From assembly GCA_963847705.1 (NCBI GenBank), contig CAWKBC010000001.1, positions 96,001-160,000 of the forward strand: 64,000 bases of DNA, in the 5' to 3' direction. This document shows positions 20,363 through 31,200 of this stretch, in pieces. The first letter of the stretch is position 1. The number at the start of each line of letters is the position of its first letter. The translations under genes were made by a program, and so were the position numbers. This DNA comes from an uncultured Pseudomonadota bacterium (lineage in GTDB: Bacteria; Myxococcota_A; Polyangia; Fen-1088). The notes under the pieces were generated by a model, which was not told where the DNA came from, made no database searches, and saw only the letters and a program-made list of their open reading frames with translations.

Positions 20363-20782
20363 ATGACGACGAAAATCTTCATTGTCGACGATCACCCCAT
20401 CGTGTGTGACGTTTTGGCCGCGATGTTCAAGGGAAACCCGGCGTTCGAGGTCGTCGGCGTGGCCTCCAGCATCCGCGGAACCTTGGCGGCCGTCGAGCGG
20501 TGCGGCCCCGATCTGATGTTGATTGACCTGTCGCTCGAGGACGGAAGTGGGATTCATCTCGTGCGGGCTCTCCGCGGCCTCGGGGTGGAGGCTCGCGTGT
20601 TGGTGGTCACCGGCGTGCGGAGCCGAGTCGTGGCCGCCGAGGCGTTTTCCGCCGGTGTCGCGGGCTATGTCCTCAAGGAACAGTCGACGAAGGACCTTCT
20701 CGCCGCGATTGACGCCGTGGCAGGCGGCGGAACCTACGTTGCTCCCGGTCTGGCCAGCACCTGGTCGTCTCACTTCAACTAG
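20363..20782 (+). CDS. NarL-type receiver-only response regulator
   Basis: IFIVDDHP, LIDLSL.DGSG, GYVLKE; stops before any HTH domain. Confidence 0.8.
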   Translation: MTTKIFIVDDHPIVCDVLAAMFKGNPAFEVVGVASSIRGTLAAVERCGPDLMLIDLSLEDGSGIHLVRALRGLGVEARVLVVTGVRSRVVAAEAFSAGVAGYVLKEQSTKDLLAAIDAVAGGGTYVAPGLASTWSSHFN

Positions 20783-20958
20783 CTTCCCCCGGGGCGATCG
20801 CCGTCACATCCGCTCCGCCGGGAGCGCGATGAGAGTGACCACGTCGCTCGAGATCTGGTAAATGGATAGGCTTTCATGCCATCTGCCGTGAAGTGGTGCT
20901 TCGGTCGGCGGTGCGTAGCGAAAGCGGGACGCAGTGGGGAATGACCTGCCATCCGTGA

Positions 20959-23516
20959 ATGACGAGCCGGAGCAGCGCAGCTAGCCCTCCAAGTTTTTCA
21001 TCGTGGGCGTGGGCGCCTCGGCCGGCGGTCTCGAGGCGCTGACAGCCTTTCTGAAGGGCCTCTCTCTGGATTCGATGGCGATTGTCATCGTCCAGCACCT
21101 CGCACCCAAGCACGAGAGCCTGCTGCCGACGCTGCTCTCACGCGGGAGCGAGGCGAAGGTCTCGGCCGTCGAGGACGGGATGCGGGTCGAGCCAGGGCGT
21201 ATCTACGTCATTCCTCCGAATGCGGATCTCGCCATTTTGCAGGGCGTCCTGCATCTCATGCGGCCCATCGGCGCGACGCACGGCCCGCACCTCCCGATCG
21301 ACTATTTCTTTCGCTCGCTCGCCGAGGACCAGGGATCTCGCTCGATTGGAGTCGTCCTTTCGGGGACTGGCTCGGACGGGACGTTCGGTCTCCAGGCCAT
21401 CAAGGAGGCGGGTGGCATCACGTTCGCTCAAGAGCCGGCCTCGGCCAAATACGACGGAATGCCCCGGAGCGCGATTGACAGCGGCTGGGCCGATTTCACT
21501 CTGCCGCCCGAGGGCATCGCCAACGAGCTGCTCCGGATCCGGAATCACCCCTATCTCACCCGCAAGCGCGCGAGCTCGCCTCAGGCCGAGGAGAGCGTCG
21601 GCAAGCTGATCGTTCTCATGCGAACGGAGTTTGGCAACGATCTCACCTACTACAAGCCGACCACGATGGACCGCCGCATCGAGCGCCGGATGGCTCTGCA
21701 GAAGATCGAGACGCTGTCCGATTACGTCAAGTTCGTTCAGAGCAACGCCGCTGAGCTGCGGCTCTTGTACAAGGACATGCTCATCAGCGTGACGAGCTTC
21801 TTCCGCGACGGGGACTCGTTCGAGGCGCTCAAGACCGTCATCCTGCCCCGCATCCTGGAGAGCAAGCAGACCGGCGGGCAGATCCGGCTCTGGGTGCCGG
21901 CCTGCTCGACCGGCGAAGAGGCCTACTCGCTGGCGATCGTGCTGTTCGAGTTGCTGGGCGAGCGCGCCGCGGAGTTTCGGTTGCAAATCTTCGGCACCGA
22001 CGTCGACGACTCGTCGGTTCAGCACGCGCGGCGCGGGCTCTTCCCGAACAACATCACACTCGACGTCTCCCCCGAAAGACTTCAGCGTTTCTTCATCAAG
22101 AAGGAGAGCGGGTATCAGATCGCGCGCCGCATCCGCGACGTGGTCGTGTTCTCTGCTCATAACGTCACCCGGGACGCCCCGTTCTCCCGCCTCGACCTGG
22201 TGAGCTGCCGCAACCTGCTCATTTATCTCCGTCCGACGATGCAGAAGAGGGTCCTGCGGATCCTTCACTACTCCCTGCTGCCCACGGGCTATCTGATGCT
22301 CGGGACGTCCGAGACGGTGGGAGACCTCACCGATTACTTTGCGCTCGTGGATCGCAAGAACAAGATCTATTCCCGGAGACACATGGCCGAGACCGCCGCC
22401 CTCGAGGTGGGGCTCGGCGTGAAGCTCCTGGAGCCGACGCAACCGTTTCCCTCCACCACGACGCGCCGGAGCAGCGCCACGCTGGCCAGCGCGGCGGAGC
22501 GGAAGATCCTGGAGCTCTATGGACCGCCGGGGGTCCTGGTCAACGACGACTTCGACGTCGTCCACATCCGCGGCCGGACGCGCGGCTACCTCGAGCCGAT
22601 GCCCGGTGCTCCCAGCTTCAACATCCTGCGCCTCGCGCGCCCCGACCTGCACGTCGAGTTGCGGCGCGTGCTTCAGGAGGCGCGTTCCGGGAATGGGCGG
22701 GCCAGCGTCGACTGTCGAATCGCCGAGGAGGGGACCGTCCGGCCGATCACCATCGAGGTCATTCCGGTGGTGGACCCGGAGACCAAGGTGCGCTGCTTCA
22801 TGGTGCTGTTCCATGAAGAGAGAAACATGCAGTCGGCGCGCGAGGCCAGCGATGCCGCGCCGTCGCTGACACCCGCCGAGACGGAAGACGCCAAGACGCA
22901 GGAGCTGGAACGCGAGCTCGTCATGACCAAGGAGTACTTGCAGAGCGCGATCGAAGAGCTGGAGAGCTCGAACGAGGAGCTGAAATCGTCGAACGAGGAG
23001 CTGCAATCATCAAACGAAGAGCTGCAGAGCACGAACGAAGAGCTTGAAACGTCGAAGGAGGAACTGCAGTCGTCGAACGAAGAGCTCACGACCGTCAACG
23101 ACGAGCTCCACAGCCGGATGGGGGAGCTTCAGCTCATCAACGACGACCTCCACAACATCCTGTCGAGCATGGGCAGCGCGATGATCATCGTCGGGCTGGA
23201 TCTCCGGATCAGGCGGTTCACGCAGGTTGCCGAGACCCTGATGAACTTGGTGCCCGGCGACGTCGGGCGAACGGTGAGTCTGCTCAACGCATTCATCGTG
23301 GGCGAACGAATCGAGGCGCTGGCCGCGCAAGCCATCGAAAAGCTGGTCCCCGTCGACAAGCGGATCGCCTGCGCGAACCAGCGCTGGTATCAGCTGCACA
23401 TCTCGCCATACAAGACGCTCGATCACGCGATCAAGGGCGCGGTCATCGTTCTGCTGGACGTCGACGACAGCCGCAGGCTGGCGGAGAGGACCAAGGAGGA
23501 TCGACGGGGGTCTTGA
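20959..23516 (+). CDS. CheB/CheR fusion with coiled coil and PAS domain
   Basis: GASAGG, VQHL, SGTGSDG (CheB); VTSFFRD, CSTGEEAYS, SCRNLLIY (CheR); EELQSSNEE heptads; start probably ATG 20959 with a 1-nt loss near 20990-20998 (ORF track starts at 21003). Confidence 0.9.
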
Positions 23517-23538
23517 CCCGCGACCGCCGCCGTCACGG

Positions 23539-25350
23539 ATGCCCTCAAAGAGTCCCACGTTCGAGGAGATGTCGAAGGACGAGCTGATCGCGGCGCTCCG
23601 AACCCTGGAGGGGTCTCCTCGCGTCGAGGACGCTCTGTGGGAGAATGCCTCCGTCATCCACGATCTCGAGGTCCATCAGATCGAGCTCGAGATGCAAAAT
23701 CGGCAGCTGCGCGAGACCGAAGCGCAGCTGCAAGGGTCGACGCACCGGTACATGGAGCTCTACGACTTCGCGCCGGTTGCCTATCTCACGCTCGACGTCG
23801 AGGGCCGTATCCACCAGGCGAATCTGAGGGCGGCGACGTTTTTCGGGACGGAGCGGGGACAGCTGCTCGGAAAGCCGCTGATCTCGTTGGTCGCCGTGGG
23901 CCATCGGGCTCACCTGCGCGGGCACCTCCAGCGCTGCTTCCGTCAGCGAGGCGCGCTCAGCGTGGAGCTCGATCTGTCAGGAGACGGAAGGCCAACCCAG
24001 CCGGTCAGTGCGACCAGTGTCTCCGTGCTCGATGAGGCCGGTCGAATCGTTGGCTGCCGAACGACCCTGACCGATATCTCGGCGCTCAAGCGCACGGAGG
24101 CCCGGCTGCTGCTCCTGGCGTCGGCGAGCAAGATGTTGGCGACCTCTCTCGACGTGGAGAGCTCCATCCTGGAGGTGCTTCGTGCCATCCTTCCGTCGTG
24201 CGCCGACATCGGAATGATCGATCTGTTCAACCGCGGCGAGGTGCGCCGCCTCGAAGCGCGCCGCGAATCGACCGCGCCCGCCGGCATAGAGACGGCCAGA
24301 TCGTTGCGTCCCGCGCCCTCACTCCGGCCGGACAGCCCGCAGACCCGTGTTCTCGAATCTGGCAACCCGATTCTGCTGTCGCGTTGCGATGCCAGCTCGC
24401 TCGCGGGTGACGACGGCCTCGATCACGAACCGTCCATCCGGACCAGCGGGGCCAGATCGCTGCTCTACGTCCCGCTCTCCTCCCGCGGAATGACGTTGGG
24501 CGTCCTGACACTGATCTCTCTCGACGAGGATCGAATCTTCTTGGGGGCAGACCTGCTCTTCGCGACGGACGTCGCCGCTCGCGTGGCCACCGCCGTCGAT
24601 AACGCGCGCCTCTATCGCGAGGCGAGAGACGCCGTGCGGGGGCGGGAGGACGTTCTCTCGTTCGTCGCGCACGATCTCCGTCAGTTTCTGTTCGGATCCC
24701 GGCTGGCCATCGACATCCTGCTCCGGTCGGTCCGGCAGGTCGAGCGACGTCAGGGGTGGCAAGAGCTCGATCGCGTCCAGAGATTGAATTCCCAGATGGC
24801 GCGCATGATCGAGGATCTGCTCGATGTCTCCAGCCTCGACGCGGGGCGGCTCTCACTGAAGCTCTCGGAGTGGCAGGCGACGGACTTGCTGTCGCAGGCC
24901 GCCGAGGCGCTCACCGCCACCGCGTCCGCCGGAGGCGTGGCCTTGACCGTCGACGCCACAGCCGCGCTGGGGACGGTGTGCTGCGACGCTGCGCGGGTGA
25001 TGCAGATCTTCGGCAACATCGTGGGAAACGCGGTGAAGTTCACGCCCAGGGGCGGGTCGATCACCATCTCGGCGTCGAGTGTCGGGGGGCAGCTTCAGTT
25101 CGCGGTGCATGACACCGGGCCGGGCATCGCTCCTGCTCTGCTCGAGCATCTGTTCGAGCGCTACTGGCAGGCGGATGCGGGCGCCCAAAAGGGAGAGGGC
25201 CTCGGTCTCTACATCGCGAAGCACCTCGTCGAAGCGCAGGGTGGCCGCATCTGGGTCGAGAGTCGAGTGGGTGCCGGGACCACCCTTTTCTTCACTCTCC
25301 CGCGCATCAACCCGTTCCGGACGGCTGCCGAGTCCACGGGCCTTCGATGA
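23539..25350 (+). CDS. PAS-GAF sensor histidine kinase
   Basis: HQIELEMQN coil, YDFAPVAY PAS, GAF ending AVDNARLY, VAHDLR, NAVKFT, DTGPGI, GLGLYI. Confidence 0.9.
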   Translation: MPSKSPTFEEMSKDELIAALRTLEGSPRVEDALWENASVIHDLEVHQIELEMQNRQLRETEAQLQGSTHRYMELYDFAPVAYLTLDVEGRIHQANLRAATFFGTERGQLLGKPLISLVAVGHRAHLRGHLQRCFRQRGALSVELDLSGDGRPTQPVSATSVSVLDEAGRIVGCRTTLTDISALKRTEARLLLLASASKMLATSLDVESSILEVLRAILPSCADIGMIDLFNRGEVRRLEARRESTAPAGIETARSLRPAPSLRPDSPQTRVLESGNPILLSRCDASSLAGDDGLDHEPSIRTSGARSLLYVPLSSRGMTLGVLTLISLDEDRIFLGADLLFATDVAARVATAVDNARLYREARDAVRGREDVLSFVAHDLRQFLFGSRLAIDILLRSVRQVERRQGWQELDRVQRLNSQMARMIEDLLDVSSLDAGRLSLKLSEWQATDLLSQAAEALTATASAGGVALTVDATAALGTVCCDAARVMQIFGNIVGNAVKFTPRGGSITISASSVGGQLQFAVHDTGPGIAPALLEHLFERYWQADAGAQKGEGLGLYIAKHLVEAQGGRIWVESRVGAGTTLFFTLPRINPFRTAAESTGLR

Positions 25351-25425
25351 CGCAGTAGGCGTCATTGATTGCGAACGTCACGTCGAAACCCGAAACGGCG
25401 TACGATGCCGGTGAGGAGGTGGCCG

Positions 25426-25794
25426 ATGGGACGTTGGCTTTCGTTCGGGGTTGCGCTGGTTGCGGTTGGTGCAATGGTGGGGTGCGGCGGATCGGACGGG
25501 CACCCCGACACCGGGTACGGGGCCAATCAGCCGATCCCGGCCGCCGAAACGTGCGTCGACCTCTGTCAGCGTCTGGCCGACTGCGTGGCCGACCTGTGCG
25601 ATGAGGACACCAGCTCGACGCGCTACGCCGGCACTCAGTCCTTGCTGGCCTCGAGCTGCAGCTCGACCTGCACCGACGGCGAGGTCCAGTCGGCGATCTC
25701 GCCCACGGCCTGGCAGTGCCTCTTCGAGGATACGTGTCGGCAGGTGTTTGGCGAAGACGCCTGCCACGCCATGAGCCAGTACCACTGCAGCTGA
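25426..25794 (+). CDS. small Cys-rich lipoprotein
   Basis: RBS GAGGAGG, lipobox MVGC, about 10 further Cys. Confidence 0.7.
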   Translation: MGRWLSFGVALVAVGAMVGCGGSDGHPDTGYGANQPIPAAETCVDLCQRLADCVADLCDEDTSSTRYAGTQSLLASSCSSTCTDGEVQSAISPTAWQCLFEDTCRQVFGEDACHAMSQYHCS

Positions 25795-25917
25795 GGTCCG
25801 ACGGCCTTCGATTCAATGATCCGCCTGAAGCGGCCGATGCGTTGGCCGGGTCTTTGTCTCGCGCCGGGTTGCGTGAGACGATTGGCGGAAGGTCGCGTCG
25901 CCCGGAGAGGCTGCACA

Positions 25918-27045
25918 ATGCAGAAAAAGCCCTGGTTCATCGTCGGTCTGGTGGTCTGGCTCCCGGCTTTGGCGGGAGGATGTGGGGGCGGCTCCGCGTC
26001 GACGGGCTCGACGGGCGGATCCATGGGATCGGGCGGCGGCCCCGGGACAGGCGGGGGGATGGACGCGGCCCAGATTCCACCCGGCCCCAACGGCAACCCG
26101 GATGGCCACTGCGCCGTGCCGAGCGCCGGGCTGGCGGCGGACGTCTCGTCACCGACCACGGTGGTGGGAACGGGAAGCGCGGCCAGTTGCACCGCCAACG
26201 CCGTCGTGGCGGCCGTCGCGGGGGGCGGCGTCGTGACCTTCAACTGCGGGCCCGATCCGGTCACCATCACGGTCCCCGAGATCGAGATCTTCAATGACGG
26301 CGGCCTCGGCGACGGGAGCGTCACCATCGACGGCGGCGGGCTCATCACGCTGAGCGGGGGCGGGGCGAACCGGATCCTCTATCAGAACACCTGCGATCAG
26401 AGCCTCCACTTCACCTCGTCGCGTTGCGATCTTCAGACCACGCCTCACCTGGTGGTCCAGAACATCGCCTTCGCCGACGGGAGCGTCCCTGGCGACGCGA
26501 CGGCGTTCGGCGGCGGCGCGCTCTACGTCAGCGGCGGCACGTTCAAGGCCTTCAACATCCGGGTCACGAACAGCACCCAATCGACCGCGCACGACGACTG
26601 GGCGGGCGGCGCGATCTACACGTTTGAACAGAGCCAGCCAGTCTTCGTCGTCAACAGCACGTTCGACGGCAACGTCGCCTGCAGCGGCGGGGCGCTCGGC
26701 AGCATCGGGACCGCGTGGTCGATCTACAACAGCGTCTTTGCCAACAACCACACGCTCACCACCGGTGGCCAGTCGGGCGGCGCCATCTACAACGACGGGA
26801 ACAGCTACACGCTCACCATCTGCGGCTCGGAATTCGAGAACAACGCCGCGGCGCGACTGGGCTCCGGTGCGATCTTTCAGGTGGTCGACGATCTCAAGGG
26901 GGCGCTGGTCATCGACCAGTCGACCTTCACCGGCAACAGCAACACGGGGAGCGTCCAGTCGAGCGCGCACCCGAGCATCTACGTCGAGGCCACGGACAAG
27001 GTCGGCAACGGCGGCGTGACCATCACCGCCACCACGTTCAACTGA
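25918..27045 (+). CDS. lipoprotein with right-handed beta-helix / Pmp-like GGA(I/L) repeats
   Basis: Lipobox AGGC, Gly linker, GGVVTFNCG, repeated GGALY/GGAIY and FxxN motifs. Confidence 0.75.
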   Translation: MQKKPWFIVGLVVWLPALAGGCGGGSASTGSTGGSMGSGGGPGTGGGMDAAQIPPGPNGNPDGHCAVPSAGLAADVSSPTTVVGTGSAASCTANAVVAAVAGGGVVTFNCGPDPVTITVPEIEIFNDGGLGDGSVTIDGGGLITLSGGGANRILYQNTCDQSLHFTSSRCDLQTTPHLVVQNIAFADGSVPGDATAFGGGALYVSGGTFKAFNIRVTNSTQSTAHDDWAGGAIYTFEQSQPVFVVNSTFDGNVACSGGALGSIGTAWSIYNSVFANNHTLTTGGQSGGAIYNDGNSYTLTICGSEFENNAAARLGSGAIFQVVDDLKGALVIDQSTFTGNSNTGSVQSSAHPSIYVEATDKVGNGGVTITATTFN

Positions 27046-27125
27046 ACCGCGCCCAGCAGGTGGGTGGCGAGCCGATCTCCCGGGCCGCCTTCGGCGGCTA
27101 CGTCGTCGGGCATGGTTCGCTTCGC

Positions 27126-27908
27126 TCACCGTTGCCTTACGGCAACGCCGTCCCAGGTGGCGCCTCTGCGGGCCGCAATGGTGATGCCTTCCTGAAGCGA
27201 TCCTGGAAGGAACCGGTAGAGAGTGTTCTTGATCGAACCCGAGAGGTGACTTGCCGGCTCATCGCCCGCATCGTGGCGGGCGTAGCGAGCATCGAAATAA
27301 TATTTCATCCACACGCGATCGATCGCGAATCCGGCGCCCAGGAGGATCTCCCGCAACTCCGAGAGCGTGTATTCGCGGAAATGACCGGGATTGCTTCGAT
27401 CGGTGCGGATCCGCTCGAACGGGTTTCGACCGAGCAACAGCTTGGCGCGCTTGCGCAAGGCGACCGCGTTTGGTGTCTGGACCAGGAGCACGCCCCCGGG
27501 AACGAGGAGGTCTTTCAAATACGCGAGGACCAGCTCGGGAGCGGTGTAGAGATGTTCGATCACCTCGGCGAAGACGATGATGTCGTACGGACCGATGTCG
27601 GTGCGCCATCGCGAGCGATCCTGGGCATCATTCAGGTCGAATCGATGATGACGGGTGTCGTGAATCTGACCGTCGGCGTCGAGCCCGAGACAGTCGACCT
27701 CCACGTTCAGCTCGGTCGCGAGCAATGAGGTCAGCCGAGAGGCGCCAATATCCAGCAGTCGGCACCCTGGGCGCGTGGCGTACAGGCGAACCGTGTCGAC
27801 GAGAAACTGAAATCGCGGGCGATGAAATGCGACATAGGCGGGATTCGCGTCGCCCGAGATGACTCGATGGACCCGATCCTCCGAAGGGTTCGCCAAGGCC
27901 ACGGCCAC
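27126..27908 (-). CDS. class I SAM-dependent methyltransferase
   Basis: LLDIGA, YDIIVFAEVIEHL, LVPGGVLLVQTPN, HFREYT. Confidence 0.85.
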   Translation of the reverse strand: MAVALANPSEDRVHRVISGDANPAYVAFHRPRFQFLVDTVRLYATRPGCRLLDIGASRLTSLLATELNVEVDCLGLDADGQIHDTRHHRFDLNDAQDRSRWRTDIGPYDIIVFAEVIEHLYTAPELVLAYLKDLLVPGGVLLVQTPNAVALRKRAKLLLGRNPFERIRTDRSNPGHFREYTLSELREILLGAGFAIDRVWMKYYFDARYARHDAGDEPASHLSGSIKNTLYRFLPGSLQEGITIAARRGATWDGVAVRQR

Positions 27909-28222
27909 AAAATTAACATCCTTTTCGACACCTGTTCGCCCACCGCCCAGGCACGACGCAGCACCGAAGAGAGATGACAGCTCAGGGACAGACGGGACCG
28001 CGCTCGTCGGGGAATGCTTTTGACCGCGCGTGTCGAGATTATTTGGGGGTGGCCTTGACGTCCCGGGGTCGCATTCCTACCTCATTGATGTTGTACGAAC
28101 CCAAGCCTGGATCCTTGATGTTGAGGGTCCGCGGTCGGCGAACGCCCCGGAGTTCCCGGCCCTCGAGATCGGCGGAGAAATAGTCGCTTGATGTCAACCG
28201 ACAAGAACCGCTCAGGGACGGC

Positions 28223-31200
28223 ATGAGCACTCCGAAAAGCATGGTCGGAGAGTCCAGCGTGGATCCCCTGTTCTCGGGAGCGGGGGAGATTGCGGCGCTC
28301 ATGCGCGCCCGGGACTGGTCGACCACGCCGCTCGGACCGCCAGCCGACTGGGACCGAAGCTTGCGCACGGTGGTTCGGATCATGCTCACCTCGCGGTACG
28401 CGATGTGGATGGGCTGGGGGCCCGACCTGACCTTCTTCTACAACGACGCCTATGCCCCGACGCTGGGCGCGAAGCACCCCTGGGCCCTGGGGCAGCCCGC
28501 GCGACAGGTGTGGGCGGAGATCTGGGAGGCGATCGGGCCCCGGATCGACACGGTCTTGCAGCATGGCGAAGCGACCTGGGATTCAGGGCTGCTGCTCTTT
28601 CTCGAGCGCAACGGCTATCCCGAGGAGACCTACCACACGTTTTCTTACAGTCCGCTTCCCCGCGACGACGGCGGGGTGGGCGGAATGCTCTGCGTGGTCA
28701 CCGAAGAGACCGACCGCATCCTGGGCGAACGCCGACTGGCGCTTCTGCGTGACCTGGCCTCCCGGCTGGCGGCGATCAAGGCGACGGAAGAGGTCTTCGC
28801 CGCCGTCGAACACTGCCTCGGCCGCAACTCGCCCGATCTTCCTTTTTCGCTCACCTATCTGTTCGAGGACGACGCGCGGCGAGCCAGGTTGGTTTCGCGC
28901 ACCGAGATTTCGGCGGAGCATCCGGCCGCGGCAGCCGTCGTCGAGATGAGTGGCGTGCCATTCCGCTGGCCCTTCGCCGATGTCGTCGCCCAGTCGACGG
29001 TCCCCGTCGTCGTCGAGCTGGATGCGGCGGTTCCCTGGCCGCGGGGGAACTGGCCGCGATCTCCGGACCGTGCGCTCCTCGTTCCGATCCCCGCGCAGGG
29101 GCAGACCCGACCGGCCGGTGTGTTCATCGCTGGGCTCAACGTCCATCGACCGCTCGACGATGCCTACCGCGCGTTCATCCGGCTCTTCGTGGGACAACTC
29201 ACGGCGGGCCTGGCGAACGCGCGCGCCTACGAGGCCGAGCGCCGGCGGTCGGAAGCGCTGGCCGAGATCGACCGCGCCAAGACCACCTTCTTCAGCAATG
29301 TCAGCCACGAATTTCGGACGCCGCTGACGTTGATGTTGGGACCGATCGAGGACGCGCTGGCCGAGCGGGAACGGTTCTCTGTCGAAGACGCCGAGCGGTG
29401 GGAGCTGCTTCACCGCAACGGTCTGCGGCTCTCCAAGCTGGTCAACACGTTGCTCGACTTCGCCCGGATCGAAGCCGGCCGGCTCGAGGCGGCCTACGAG
29501 GCGACCGATCTGTCGGCTCTGACCCGCGATCTGGCCAGCGCGTTTCGATCGGCGATCGAGCGCGCCGGGTTGCGGCTGACGGTCGATGCCCCTCCGCTGG
29601 CGGCGGCCGCCTACGTCGATCGGGACATGTGGGAAAAGATCGTGCTCAACCTGCTCTCGAACGCGCTCAAGTTCACCTTCGAGGGGGAGATCTCGGTCTC
29701 GCTGCGCGGCGAGGGTGAGCACCTCCACCTCACCGTCGCGGACACCGGTGTGGGCGTCGCGCCGGAAGAGCTGCCCCACCTCTTCGATCGGTTCTATCGC
29801 GTCCGTGGGGCGGAGTCCCGGACCCACGAGGGGACCGGCATCGGGTTGGCGCTCGTTCAGGAGCTGGCGCGGCTGCATGGAGGGACGGTGGCGGCGGCCA
29901 GCGTCGTCGGGCAGGGAACGACCTTCACCGTCACGATTCCGAACGGCAGCGCGGAGCTGTCCGGGCGGCGCTCGACCGCGGGGACCATGCCGGTCTCGAC
30001 CGCGCTCGGGACCAGGCCCTTCGTCGAGGAGGCCCTGAGGTGGCTCCCCGCCGATACGGGAAATCAGCTCACCGGCCCGGGAATCGACGCGCAGAGTGGG
30101 GAGAACGATCCTGGACAGGGGTCCGGGTCGGGCAGGAATGCCCCCCTCATCCTGCTGGCCGATGACAACGCAGACGTGCGGCGCTACGTCTCTCGCATTC
30201 TCGGGGAAAAATGGGCGGTGGAGGCCGTCGCCGATGGCGAGGCGGCCCTTCGCGCCGTCCAGATTCGCCGCCCGGATCTGATCCTCAGTGACGTGATGAT
30301 GCCGAAGCTGGATGGATTCGGGCTGGTGAAGGCGCTGCGCGAAGATCCGGCGACGACCGACCTGCCGATCATCCTGCTCTCCGCGCGGGCCGGCGAAGAC
30401 GCCACCGCGGAGGGGCTCGGCCAGGGAGCCAACGACTATCTGGTGAAGCCGTTTTCTTCGCGGGAGCTCGTGGCCCGGGTGGCCGCGCAGCTCGAACGGG
30501 CGCGGGCGCAGGAGATCATCAAGAAGAACGCCGAAGCGGAGCGCCGCCGCCTGCACTCCTTTCTGATGGAGGCGCCCGCGGCGATCGCCATCTTGCGGGG
30601 CCCCAAGCTGGTCTTCGAGCTGGCCAACGACCGCTGTTCCGAGATCTTCGGCAAGCGCGCGGTTGTCGGCATGCCGGGACGGGAGGCGCTGCCGGAGCTG
30701 GCCGAGCAAGGTGTCTGGGACCTTCTGGATCGGGTCTTCTCGACCGGAGAGCCCTTCTTCGCGACCGAATTCGCGGCGCGGTTCGCCGGGGACAATGGCC
30801 GTCCGGGCGAGGCGAAGGTCTTCAACTGGGTGGCCCAACCCACGCGAGACGAGCAGGGGCAGATCGACGGAGTGATGGTCTTTGCCGTCGAGGTCACCGA
30901 GCAGGCGGCGGCTCGACGCCAGGTCGAGCAGGCACGGGCCACGGAGCGCGAGCTGCGACGGGCCGCCGAAGAGGGGAACCGGGCCAAGGACGAATTCCTG
31001 GCCATGCTCGGTCACGAGCTGCGAAATCCGCTGGCGCCGATCGTGACCGCGCTGCACCTCATGCGGCTGCGCGGCAGCGACCGCACCGAAAAGCAGCGCG
31101 CCATCATCGAGCGGCAGGTCAAGCACCTCACCCGGCTGGTCGACGACCTGCTGGATGTCTCGCGAATCACCCGCGGGAAGGTCGAGCTCAAGCGACGCGC

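Noticed and set aside
20955-21003. In-frame TAG (20982-20984) between GTG 20955 and the cheB domain, suggesting amber read-through or pyrrolysine
   Set aside because: A one-base loss in the T-run/AA near 20990-20998 from ATG 20959 explains it, matching other homopolymer errors; no pyl genes seen and TAG is used as a normal stop elsewhere
22950-23110. 21-bp tandem repeats resembling a repeat array
   Set aside because: They encode the known EELQSSNEE coiled coil of CheB/CheR fusions; no spacers
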